Shown in pieces: positions 28,566 to 37,056 of a DNA stretch of 62,264 bases. The stretch comes from Vampirovibrionales bacterium (GTDB lineage Bacteria; Cyanobacteriota; Vampirovibrionia; Vampirovibrionales; JAGQHJ01). Within the stretch, counting starts at the first letter, position 1. The number at the start of each line of letters is the position of its first letter. The stretch spans positions 1-62,264 of the forward strand of contig JANWIO010000057.1 in the NCBI GenBank assembly GCA_025449835.1. The letters run 5' to 3'. Both the position numbers and the translations under genes were made by a program. The notes beneath the pieces are model-generated. The model did no database searches. It was not told where the DNA came from and saw nothing but the letters and a program-made list of their open reading frames with translations.

Positions 28566-28889
28566 ATGCGAGAAATGTTCGATACAATAAAAGAAGTGGC
28601 AAGAGAGAAGCAATACATGCCTAAAGCACGGTTTGAACCCTTTGGTTTGGAAATAGAGCTGGATGACACCACAACCCTCCGAGAAGCAGCGCATCTTTTA
28701 GGAATTGATGTGCATGACCGCTGCGGTGGCAATGGGGCATGTTGTAACTGTGTCGTGACAGTTTTGGAGGGGATGGATAACATCTGCCGAAAAAGCATTG
28801 TAGAAGAGGCGGTTTTTTACCTTGATCCTCAGGACCGTTTGTCTTGCCAATGCGTTATTCATGGTGACGTTGTCATTCGGGTAGATTAA
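28566..28889 (+). CDS. 2Fe-2S ferredoxin
   Basis: CGGNGACCNC and RLSCQC; ATG 28566 after AGGAGG. Confidence 0.88.
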   Translation: MREMFDTIKEVAREKQYMPKARFEPFGLEIELDDTTTLREAAHLLGIDVHDRCGGNGACCNCVVTVLEGMDNICRKSIVEEAVFYLDPQDRLSCQCVIHGDVVIRVD

Positions 28890-28910
28890 GAATGGTCAAA
28901 AAGAGCACTT

Positions 28911-31388
28911 TTAACCGGCAGTTACCACACTAAAAGCCTCTTCAGTCTTTGAAAAGATGGCTTCATGAAGCTCTGGGTATTGGGCCAAATTGCCTTGCGT
29001 GGAAACTATATGAAAAGCAGCTTCACGGGCCATTTCAAGAATGCTTTTGTCTTTAATTAAATCTGCCAGTACCAAATCTGGAAGCCCACTTTGCCGGGTC
29101 CCTAAAAATTCGCCGGGACCGCGTAACTCCAAATCTTTTTCAGCAATCTCAAACCCATCGCCAGATTCGACCAGAATCGAAAGCCGATCTAAGGTTTCAT
29201 TAGACCGAGAATCCGTGAGCAATACGCAATAAGATTGATGCGCACCCCGCCCCACCCGTCCTCGAAGTTGGTGTAATTGGGCCAACCCAAACCGATCAGC
29301 ACTCTCAATCATCATAACCGTTGCATTGGGCACATCGACGCCAACTTCAATGACGGTAGTACTTACCAAAATATCTAGTCGCCCGGCGCTAAAGCTCTGC
29401 ATCATAGCTTCTTTTTCTTCGGGATGAAGTTTCCCATGGAGCAATCCCAGTTTAAGTGTTGGAAAAACATCTTGTGACAGCCTTTCAAATTCAACCGTTG
29501 CCGCTTTGGCCGATAAATTCTCCGATTCTTCAATCAAGGGGAATACCACATAGGCTTGTCGCCCCCTCATAATTTCCTGTTGAATGAGTTGGTAAGCCTC
29601 TTTCTGTTTGGCTTTTCCTACAGATAAAACAGTGCGAATCGGCGTTCTTCCTGGTGGCAACTCGTCCAAAATAGAAACATCGAGATCACCATGAAGGGTC
29701 ATAGCCAGGGTTCGAGGAATGGGTGTTGCTGTCATGGTTAGCATTTCTGGATTTTCGCCTTTGTTTTTCAAAAGTACTCGTTGTCGAACGCCAAAACGAT
29801 GCTGTTCATCCACAACAATGGCACCGAGTCGATCAAATTCAACCCCTTCTTGAATCAATGCATGGGTTCCCACGGCAATATGAATTTGGCCGTTCAACAA
29901 ACCTTGTCTGAGTTCTCGACGTTCTTTGGCACGGGCTTTCCCCACAAAAAGACCCACTTTTAAGCCTAAAGGGGTGAGCCATTGGATAAAATTTCGGTAA
30001 TGCTGCTCTGCTAAAATCTCGGTGGGTGCCATTAAAACCCCTTGATAACCATTTTCAACGGCAATGAGCAATGTGACCAAAGCAATAATCGTTTTCCCAC
30101 TTCCCACATCCCCTTGTAGTAGCCGATACATGGGTTCTGAGTTGGCCATGTCGGCTTGAATTTCTTGAAAAACGCGTTTTTGGGCATTGGTCAGCTCAAA
30201 GGGCAGCATCTTTAAAAAGCGCTGGACAAAGCCATGTTCCTGTACTTGTAACGAAAGCCCATGGATATTTTGCTTATATTGTTGCCGAATTAACGCAAGA
30301 CGTACTTGAATGTAAAATAACTCATCAAATACTAAGCGTTTCCGGGCAGCCTCATAATGATAAAAGGTTTCTGGAAAATGAACCTGCTCTAGGGCGGTTT
30401 GTAAATCTACCAATTGATAGCGTTGTCGAATTTCAGGTGGAATGGGATCGGCGAGCCGCTCTAAAAAGTCGTCTAAGGCATGGCGAATGGCTCGCCGAAG
30501 AACCCGTAGATTAAGCCCTGGTACAACGGGATAAACTGGCACAATCCTTCCTGTATTAACAGAGTTGTAGGAAATTTCATCCGTGTCCTCACTGCTATAA
30601 CTTAGTATTTCCACTTCAGGACGATCGAAGCCAAACCGATTCTTATAAGCATCCCACTTTACCTTCCCGGACAGTATGAGTTCGGTGCCTTTGGTAAACC
30701 GGCTCTTAAAAGATTCCAACATGGCACGGTTGGCTTTAGCAAAAATCCATGTTGCATTCATGGAACCCGTTTCGTCTTTCACGGTAACCGTTACAATCGA
30801 AACATGCTTCTGCTTGGCAGTGTAAGCACTCACGCTATGAACAGAACCGATAATAGTTGCCTCTTGCTTTTCAGTTAAATCTTTAATCTTCAGGCGATTG
30901 TTATAATCCAGGTATTTGCGTGGGAAATAGTAAAGCAAATCCTCAACATTATAGATATTGGCCCGATTTAGGATGGTGGATAATCGGGGGCCAACCCCTT
31001 TAACATATTTCACTTCCACCGCAGAAGGCGGCTGATCAAAGGTTCTCAGGGTAACTGTTTTAGGACGATGAGTGGCTTTGTTTAATGACAACCCATCCAG
31101 GAGATAGCTAATTTTTTCCAGGGTGCGCATTCTACCCGAGAGATCCATAAAGCAGTACTGCTGCACGTGATTATACACTAACGTAATCGATTCCTGGTTC
31201 TCAAAAAACGGCTCCAATAATCGAAGCGTCTCCATCAAATAGTCAGAAAACCGCTGTTTTTTGCCTTGTAAATCGATATAACGATGCTGCTTCTCGATTT
31301 CAATGGCTTGTCTAAGATCGTTTACCTTGAGGCGTGCCTCATCAAGGGGTATCATAATGAGAGAAGGATCCTCTTTCGCTCTATCCAC
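28911..31388 (-). CDS. recG: ATP-dependent DNA helicase RecG with N-terminal extension
   Basis: LQGDVGSGKT, VDEQHRFG, MTATPIPRTL, QLHQLRGRVGRG, DLELRGPGE. Confidence 0.98.
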   Translation of the reverse strand: MDRAKEDPSLIMIPLDEARLKVNDLRQAIEIEKQHRYIDLQGKKQRFSDYLMETLRLLEPFFENQESITLVYNHVQQYCFMDLSGRMRTLEKISYLLDGLSLNKATHRPKTVTLRTFDQPPSAVEVKYVKGVGPRLSTILNRANIYNVEDLLYYFPRKYLDYNNRLKIKDLTEKQEATIIGSVHSVSAYTAKQKHVSIVTVTVKDETGSMNATWIFAKANRAMLESFKSRFTKGTELILSGKVKWDAYKNRFGFDRPEVEILSYSSEDTDEISYNSVNTGRIVPVYPVVPGLNLRVLRRAIRHALDDFLERLADPIPPEIRQRYQLVDLQTALEQVHFPETFYHYEAARKRLVFDELFYIQVRLALIRQQYKQNIHGLSLQVQEHGFVQRFLKMLPFELTNAQKRVFQEIQADMANSEPMYRLLQGDVGSGKTIIALVTLLIAVENGYQGVLMAPTEILAEQHYRNFIQWLTPLGLKVGLFVGKARAKERRELRQGLLNGQIHIAVGTHALIQEGVEFDRLGAIVVDEQHRFGVRQRVLLKNKGENPEMLTMTATPIPRTLAMTLHGDLDVSILDELPPGRTPIRTVLSVGKAKQKEAYQLIQQEIMRGRQAYVVFPLIEESENLSAKAATVEFERLSQDVFPTLKLGLLHGKLHPEEKEAMMQSFSAGRLDILVSTTVIEVGVDVPNATVMMIESADRFGLAQLHQLRGRVGRGAHQSYCVLLTDSRSNETLDRLSILVESGDGFEIAEKDLELRGPGEFLGTRQSGLPDLVLADLIKDKSILEMAREAAFHIVSTQGNLAQYPELHEAIFSKTEEAFSVVTAG

Positions 31389-31446
31389 TATAATAGAAGA
31401 TAATCACATTTAATCAAAACAGTTGAGTCTTTGGAGACGATGCCAT

Positions 31447-32334
31447 ATGAAAAAACGGATTTGGATTTTAAGTGCAGCCTTGGTAACCTTCAGTTTTACA
31501 TCTTTGCCTTTTGCTTTTGCGGATAATACGGCTCAAGATCTATTTAATCAAGGTCAAAAAGCCTATAACCAAGGGAAAACTCAGCAAGCATTAAGTTATT
31601 TCCAGCAGGCAACCCAAGCAGATCCAAACTATACCGATGCCTATTTTAATATTGGTGCTATTGAGTACAACTTGAAACATTATCCCCAAGCGTTACAAGC
31701 TTTTAACAAGCTGCTTCAAATGAATCCTTCAGATCAAGTGGCTCGTTTTGAAACAGGAAAGATTTATCAACAACTGGGGCAAACCCAGAAAGCCATTACA
31801 GCCTTTAATTTAATTGGCCCTACCTCATCTCGCTACCAAACAGCACAACGCAGTCTTGCGCAACTGGAGTCTCGTGGCCAGAAAACACATCGAGAATCTA
31901 TAACAAAGTCTCCTTCTCCTGATTTATCCTCAATGAATACCACCACCGAGCATAGGGCAGATAAGCCCCAGGAGTTTGCCAAAGGCTTTTTTGGTCCCAC
32001 GGGTTTGGTTGTCGGTCCTCAAGGGAATCTGTATGTTGCAAACTACTCGAAAAATACCATCTACAAAGTAAACCCCTTTGGTGAAAAAGAATTATTTGCC
32101 TCTGGCAATGGCATTAATGGCCCTGTAGGTATGGCGATTGATCCCAGAACAGGTGACCTGTACGTGGCAAACCACTTGGATAACTCTATTGCAAAAGTAA
32201 CGCCTAATGGCAAAATATCCATTATTGCGAAGGGTTTAAATCAGCCTTACAACGTTTTTCTGGATCAAAAAAATCATACACTCTATGTTTCCGAGCAAGA
32301 AACCAACTCCATTGCCAAAATCAAGCTTAACTAA
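31447..32334 (+). CDS. Exported TPR + NHL/beta-propeller repeat protein
   Basis: Signal peptide; TPRs (DAYFNIG); GPTGLVVGPQGNLYVANY, GPVGMAIDPRTGDLYVAN. Confidence 0.85.
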   Translation: MKKRIWILSAALVTFSFTSLPFAFADNTAQDLFNQGQKAYNQGKTQQALSYFQQATQADPNYTDAYFNIGAIEYNLKHYPQALQAFNKLLQMNPSDQVARFETGKIYQQLGQTQKAITAFNLIGPTSSRYQTAQRSLAQLESRGQKTHRESITKSPSPDLSSMNTTTEHRADKPQEFAKGFFGPTGLVVGPQGNLYVANYSKNTIYKVNPFGEKELFASGNGINGPVGMAIDPRTGDLYVANHLDNSIAKVTPNGKISIIAKGLNQPYNVFLDQKNHTLYVSEQETNSIAKIKLN

Positions 32335-32368
32335 AATCAACATGCCCTCTGCTTTGGGAGCAAATGTT

Positions 32369-33064
32369 CTAGCTGCCTTGAGTTGCTTTAGAAATGTTGG
32401 TAACTAGTCGTATTTGGGTAATTACATTCTGTCCGGCACTGAAGAGAGGCAACAGAGGACTCTTTCCAAGCTCAGATTCTAAAACACTGATGGTGTATAA
32501 GTTTGCCTTAGTGCGGAGATAAAACATAATTTCCCCGGGAGATGGGAGGGGATAATCTTGTGTTGGCTTACAAGACCCAATATATTGCTGGGCCAAAAGA
32601 TTCATCTCCCGTGCTGCTTGCTGAACAGTTTGATGCTGCCCCCCACCAATGACAGCGCTTCCTGTGGATAAGTAAATACTGGCTTCGCCATGCAAAAATG
32701 CAATGAGGGTTGCAATGGCACCCGAATAATGACTTTCCATAATCACTTCAAAAACCGTATCGTCAGACTCTGTCTTGATAATGCTAAGTTCATCTGGTAT
32801 CAATCGAAAGGCTTCTCCCCGCAGGTGTTTATAGGTTTCGGGGTTCGGTTTCCTGCTTTTGGGCGTGTGGCGTAAAAGTTTTGGTAAAAGAGGTCGGATT
32901 CCATATGAGATCATGACCAAGCAGAAAATCAAAGGCGGAATTGGGTTTCGCCCTTGTGCTTGAGGTTGTATCTGGATGAAATGGTTGTAGCCAATCCAAA
33001 GCAGGATAACCATTCCGACCAGTAAAGATAGGAATGAGAAAATTTTCTTGAAAAGCGCTTTCAA
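32369..33064 (-). CDS. Hypothetical protein, two N-terminal TM helices plus a soluble domain
   Basis: True start probably TTG 33064; the track start at 33154 lies inside tRNA-Pro. Confidence 0.7.
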   Translation of the reverse strand: MKALFKKIFSFLSLLVGMVILLWIGYNHFIQIQPQAQGRNPIPPLIFCLVMISYGIRPLLPKLLRHTPKSRKPNPETYKHLRGEAFRLIPDELSIIKTESDDTVFEVIMESHYSGAIATLIAFLHGEASIYLSTGSAVIGGGQHQTVQQAAREMNLLAQQYIGSCKPTQDYPLPSPGEIMFYLRTKANLYTISVLESELGKSPLLPLFSAGQNVITQIRLVTNISKATQGS

Positions 33065-33096
33065 CTTCTCGCTCTCAACAAACCTAAAAAGAAAAA

Positions 33097-33170
33097 TCGG
33101 GATGACAGGATTCGAACCTGCGGCCCTCTGCTCCCAAAGCAGATGCGCTACCAAGCTGCGCTACATCCCG
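33097..33170 (-). tRNA. tRNA-Pro (TGG)
   Basis: CGGGATG/CATCCCG acceptor stem, anticodon arm TCTGC-TTTGGGA-GCAGA, GGTTCGAATCC; CCA not encoded. Confidence 0.97.
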
Positions 33171-33277
33171 CATATTTAAGTCTATCAGGTCAACTCTATA
33201 GAAAGCAAGATGTCATTGAAAAGCCATCTCTTTGAATGACTTTCTTTCGTTCCGAATTTTATCAGAGGGAGTGATGA

Positions 33278-33295
33278 ATTGTAAACAATTGTAAC
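33278..33295 (-). promoter_or_regulatory. HLR1-type (RpaB/OmpR family) direct repeat
   Basis: Minus strand GTTACAAT-TG-TTTACAAT matches (G/T)TTACA(T/A)(T/A)-N2-(G/T)TTACA(T/A)(T/A). Confidence 0.5.
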
Positions 33296-33396
33296 AAACC
33301 CAAGCTGCGGGGAAATTTTCAAGCTTGAGAAACTTTATTTTTCAGAAGCCATACAGCATTTCTGTTTTACTGTTGATCGATGAGAGATAACACCCC

Positions 33397-35307
33397 ATGA
33401 ATTATCCCGTTTTGCCGAGCTATCAAACAATGGTGTCCACACGGCCGGTCATTACTCCAAAACAAAAACACGCTCCGATGATCTTGTTTGCTTCAAACAA
33501 AGTGTCTTCACATCTTTCATCTGAACGTCGAGCTCCCATTGATAACCAACGTCTCTCACCGCTTCAACTGAAACTGCGAGCTGTGAAAGACTTCCTTTCT
33601 GGGATTAGTTTTAACCGCGGCTTAAAAGCTTTTTTCTCTCCAGAACTTCCACCTGTACCTAGGCTTTTAATGTCAGATGCTTACAACATCGGGAGTGGTC
33701 CCTATATTAGCGATACCCAGTGGGATGCCAGTAACTACCATATTTATTTGGCTCGAAGACGGGCTCCTTGGATGGATAAATACACCGACAAAAATGACAA
33801 CCGTATTCAGCTATTTGGTTTGCAGATGATTATTATGGATCTCCTGAGCAAGCCTATCACCCGGAAAGAAATTGATGAAACCGAACGGTTTTTGAAAAAA
33901 CAGTATGTTGGCGGAACAACGTATCGATTTGATCGCAAAATGTGGGATCGGGTGGTTGATGAATGCCACGGCATTATCCCCATCAAGATTGAGGCGATTC
34001 CTGAAGGCTCAGTGGGATATGTGGGTGAACCTTTGATTCAAGTGAAAGCCAAAGATGGCTTTGGTGAACTTGCAGCGTGGTTTGAGCAGATGCTGCTTCA
34101 GGTGTTTGCCACCAGTGAAATGTCAACCCGTTCTCGTTATCTGTTGGATTACAACAAGCAAATGGTCCGCAGATGCACCAATGAAAACCTTTCTGAAGAA
34201 GAGGTGAATCGAAGAGCGGCCCTTCGGATTCACGATTTTAGTCTGCGAAGCTGTTCATGTCCTCAAGAAGCCGAACGCTTGAGCATTGCGCATCTTACCA
34301 GTCATTTAACCACCAGTACTTTTCAAGCGGTTTATGCTGCCAAACATTATTTTGGAGATAACCCTGTGGGGCAATGGCTGGCCTCTTTGGCCCACCGTCT
34401 TGTGGAAGGGCATACAGAAGAAGGAAATGCATACAAAGCCTTGGCAAATGCTTATCCTGATAGAATAACCTCTCATGTGGATGATTGCTACGATCCCTAT
34501 CGGGCAGTCCATGAGTATTTAATTCCCTTGGCAAAAGATGCCAAAGCTGCGTCACAAGGGGGTGTGATTGTCGCCCGGCCTGATTCTGGTGATTTGGTGA
34601 AACAAGTGGTTCATGCCCTTACTGAAGCTGTTAATACCGGCCTCTATAAAGTGATAACTGGCAGTGACGGTAAGCCTTTAATTGCCATGACCCAACTAAA
34701 AACCATTCTGGCAGATGGTATGAATATCGATAAAATTCGTGAGGTTGATAGTCTGCTGCTTGAATTGGGATTTTCGCCAGTAGATTCCGTCTCTTATGGC
34801 ATTGGTGGTGGTTTAATTCGAGATATTGAACGGGATTATTGGTCCACCAAAATGGCGCTTTCTCAAGTGGGCTCAGGCAATGAAACGCGCAATGCTGCAA
34901 AATTCTCTGTTGGAAAACACAGTATTCCTGGCGAAATAAAAATCGTTCGAGAAGTTGGCCACCCGTCAGTTCGGCTGAAAAATGAACTTGGTAAAAATGA
35001 GATGGTGACGTTTTATGATGGCACCAATGGAAAAATCGATATTCGTCAAGAATCCTTTGAGACGATTCGAAATCGCTCATTAAACCATTGGGATAATGCC
35101 AAGGCATTTCAACCCACAGAACTCTTGAGTAATGGCATTCAAGCAGAAATTGAAGCGCTCCGGCAAAAGCATGTTGAAAACGGAGAGCCATTTTCGTTGG
35201 ATGAAATCATTGGGCGGGTGCCTCAGTTAGACCCAGTGAAACAGGGTATATTGAATGCCGAACGTATTCAACAGATTTTAAGACGGGGTCCTGTTCAGAA
35301 TCATTAA
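33397..35307 (+). CDS. Nicotinamide/nicotinate phosphoribosyltransferase family (NAMPT/NadV-like), divergent, with N- and C-terminal extensions
   Basis: LLMSDAY, IHDFSLRS, SLAH, DCYD, ARPDSGD, ADG, YGIGGGLI. Confidence 0.85.
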   Translation: MNYPVLPSYQTMVSTRPVITPKQKHAPMILFASNKVSSHLSSERRAPIDNQRLSPLQLKLRAVKDFLSGISFNRGLKAFFSPELPPVPRLLMSDAYNIGSGPYISDTQWDASNYHIYLARRRAPWMDKYTDKNDNRIQLFGLQMIIMDLLSKPITRKEIDETERFLKKQYVGGTTYRFDRKMWDRVVDECHGIIPIKIEAIPEGSVGYVGEPLIQVKAKDGFGELAAWFEQMLLQVFATSEMSTRSRYLLDYNKQMVRRCTNENLSEEEVNRRAALRIHDFSLRSCSCPQEAERLSIAHLTSHLTTSTFQAVYAAKHYFGDNPVGQWLASLAHRLVEGHTEEGNAYKALANAYPDRITSHVDDCYDPYRAVHEYLIPLAKDAKAASQGGVIVARPDSGDLVKQVVHALTEAVNTGLYKVITGSDGKPLIAMTQLKTILADGMNIDKIREVDSLLLELGFSPVDSVSYGIGGGLIRDIERDYWSTKMALSQVGSGNETRNAAKFSVGKHSIPGEIKIVREVGHPSVRLKNELGKNEMVTFYDGTNGKIDIRQESFETIRNRSLNHWDNAKAFQPTELLSNGIQAEIEALRQKHVENGEPFSLDEIIGRVPQLDPVKQGILNAERIQQILRRGPVQNH

Positions 35308-36644
35308 ACAGCAAAGGGATATGTCTCTGGTTCTTCGCCCATTTGCCATTCTACAGAGCGTTCCAATGGTTCTACCGCCCGGGATTCATCAATATGAATC
35401 ACTGCATCAAACTGATCAGACAAACTGGCCAAAAAGTAATGACTGATGCGTTCTGATTGCGGTAAATAAATGACGCCAATGGCTCTTTCTAGCCGTGGAT
35501 CTTGTAAACCCTCTTGAAGGGCTTTATTTTCTTGAAAGATGAGTGAAAAGCTGGGAATCGCAACTTCATGAAACAAAGCTTCAAAACTGCCACTTAAGGC
35601 GGACCGTACTTGCTTACGTTCGGCAGGCGTATCCCAATCTGACGCTGCTGTCACAGTCCCTGTATCTGTTGTAAAGCCAATTAACACAACATCATGGCCA
35701 TATTCTTCTCGTATAATTTGCCCTACATTAATCTCTCCCCGACGGTTCATCTCCGTGGCCCGGGCATCCCCGATATGTGAATTATGGGCCCAAATTACAA
35801 TTTTGGTGGGACCTTCCGTCATAGAGAGATAATTGACCAAAGAATCAATGGTTGAAACCATATATCGATCCCGTAGATTCCAAGAGGCCACATTGCCCCG
35901 AAACATGGTGCGATAATATTCTTCTGCACTTTTAATCACCTTGGCATTTTGTTCGATGTAAAACAAATCATCCGGTGCAAGTCGACCATCTCGTTGGGCA
36001 TAAATTACCGCATGGCGCTGGAGATCCAGTAATTGACTGATAACTTCATCTTCACATGACTCACTTAAGCCAAAGTTAGCCGCATATCCATACGATTGTG
36101 GCTCTTCACCAAAGTGTTCAAAGCATGCATATCTGTATCTGGCACGTTTGGCAGCCTCAGGGTCAATCTTCTCCAAAAAGTGAATAATTGCTTGAATAGA
36201 TGCATATAAACTATACAAATCCATACCGTAGAAACCGATTTTTCGTCTTCCTTTGGGTAAATCTGCGTTGTATTCTTTGAGCCACCCCACAAAATCCAAC
36301 ACATCCGCGTTTCGCCACATCCAACTTGGGAATCGTTTAAATCCCGATAACGCATCGACACTGGTCATCTCATCCTGATATCCGTTACGAACATAGCGAT
36401 TAACACGATAAGCATCGGGCCAGTCGGCTTCGACCGCCACGGCATGAAATCCCTTTTGCTGAATCAACCGCTTCGTTATTTCGCCTCGAAGACGATAAAA
36501 CTCATGAGTCCCATGGGTTGCTTCTCCCAAAAGTACAAAACGGGCTTCACCCACTAAGTCCAACAACAAATCAAAATCTTTGGCTGACCCTGTTAGTGGA
36601 CAAGCCGTATTGCGAATCTCTTCAATGAGTTTTAGATCCGACAT
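35304..36644 (-). CDS. Erythromycin esterase family protein
   Basis: LLGEATHGTHEFY, AVEADWPDAYRVN, FPSWMWRN, WNLRDRYM, WAHNSHIGDARAT, ERAIGVIY. Confidence 0.92.
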   Translation of the reverse strand: MSDLKLIEEIRNTACPLTGSAKDFDLLLDLVGEARFVLLGEATHGTHEFYRLRGEITKRLIQQKGFHAVAVEADWPDAYRVNRYVRNGYQDEMTSVDALSGFKRFPSWMWRNADVLDFVGWLKEYNADLPKGRRKIGFYGMDLYSLYASIQAIIHFLEKIDPEAAKRARYRYACFEHFGEEPQSYGYAANFGLSESCEDEVISQLLDLQRHAVIYAQRDGRLAPDDLFYIEQNAKVIKSAEEYYRTMFRGNVASWNLRDRYMVSTIDSLVNYLSMTEGPTKIVIWAHNSHIGDARATEMNRRGEINVGQIIREEYGHDVVLIGFTTDTGTVTAASDWDTPAERKQVRSALSGSFEALFHEVAIPSFSLIFQENKALQEGLQDPRLERAIGVIYLPQSERISHYFLASLSDQFDAVIHIDESRAVEPLERSVEWQMGEEPETYPFAV

Positions 36645-37056
36645 CACTTTTTCTCTCCCCTCTTGAGCCATTTGTGGAGAATCTTAAACATCCTCAAATT
36701 GCCATGCCTCTAAAACGTTCTCTTTCCATTTTGAAAGAGGTTATTCCAGAAAAATATTGGATAAAATGGTAATTTGTTTGTCATCAACACGCCAAATCCA
36801 GAAACCAAATCTCAAAAGGACTCCGTGGAATGTGTTGCATTAAAGATGGGTTTGTTTTAGATGACAATGAGGCAGTTTTATCGGTTTAAGAAGACAAAAA
36901 CCAGATTTTTCTTGAGAAATATCACTCTCAATTTGCAGAATCAATCCAATGGATGATAAAGAGATGTGATACTTTTGCCGTAATCTAGAATAGCCTTAAA
37001 ATAAGGTTATCCCTCAATTCGTTTTCAAATTGGTTTTAACGTAATTTGTCAGGAAA

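Noticed and set aside
33065-33154. N-terminal part of track ORF 32369..33154 (MVAHLLWEQRAAGSNPVIP)
   Set aside because: It is the translation of tRNA-Pro; the CDS more likely starts at TTG 33064
33280-33295. TGTAAA-N4-TGTAAC as a WalR box
   Set aside because: WalR needs N5 spacing; the 10-bp period fits HLR1 instead
34631-35191. 186-aa antisense ORF (and the many similar shadow ORFs in the track)
   Set aside because: Fully overlaps a well-supported gene on the other strand, with no motifs
36672-37056. 385-nt gap between the esterase and treS as a hidden gene or pseudogene
   Set aside because: Only short frames without starts were found; probably divergent promoters
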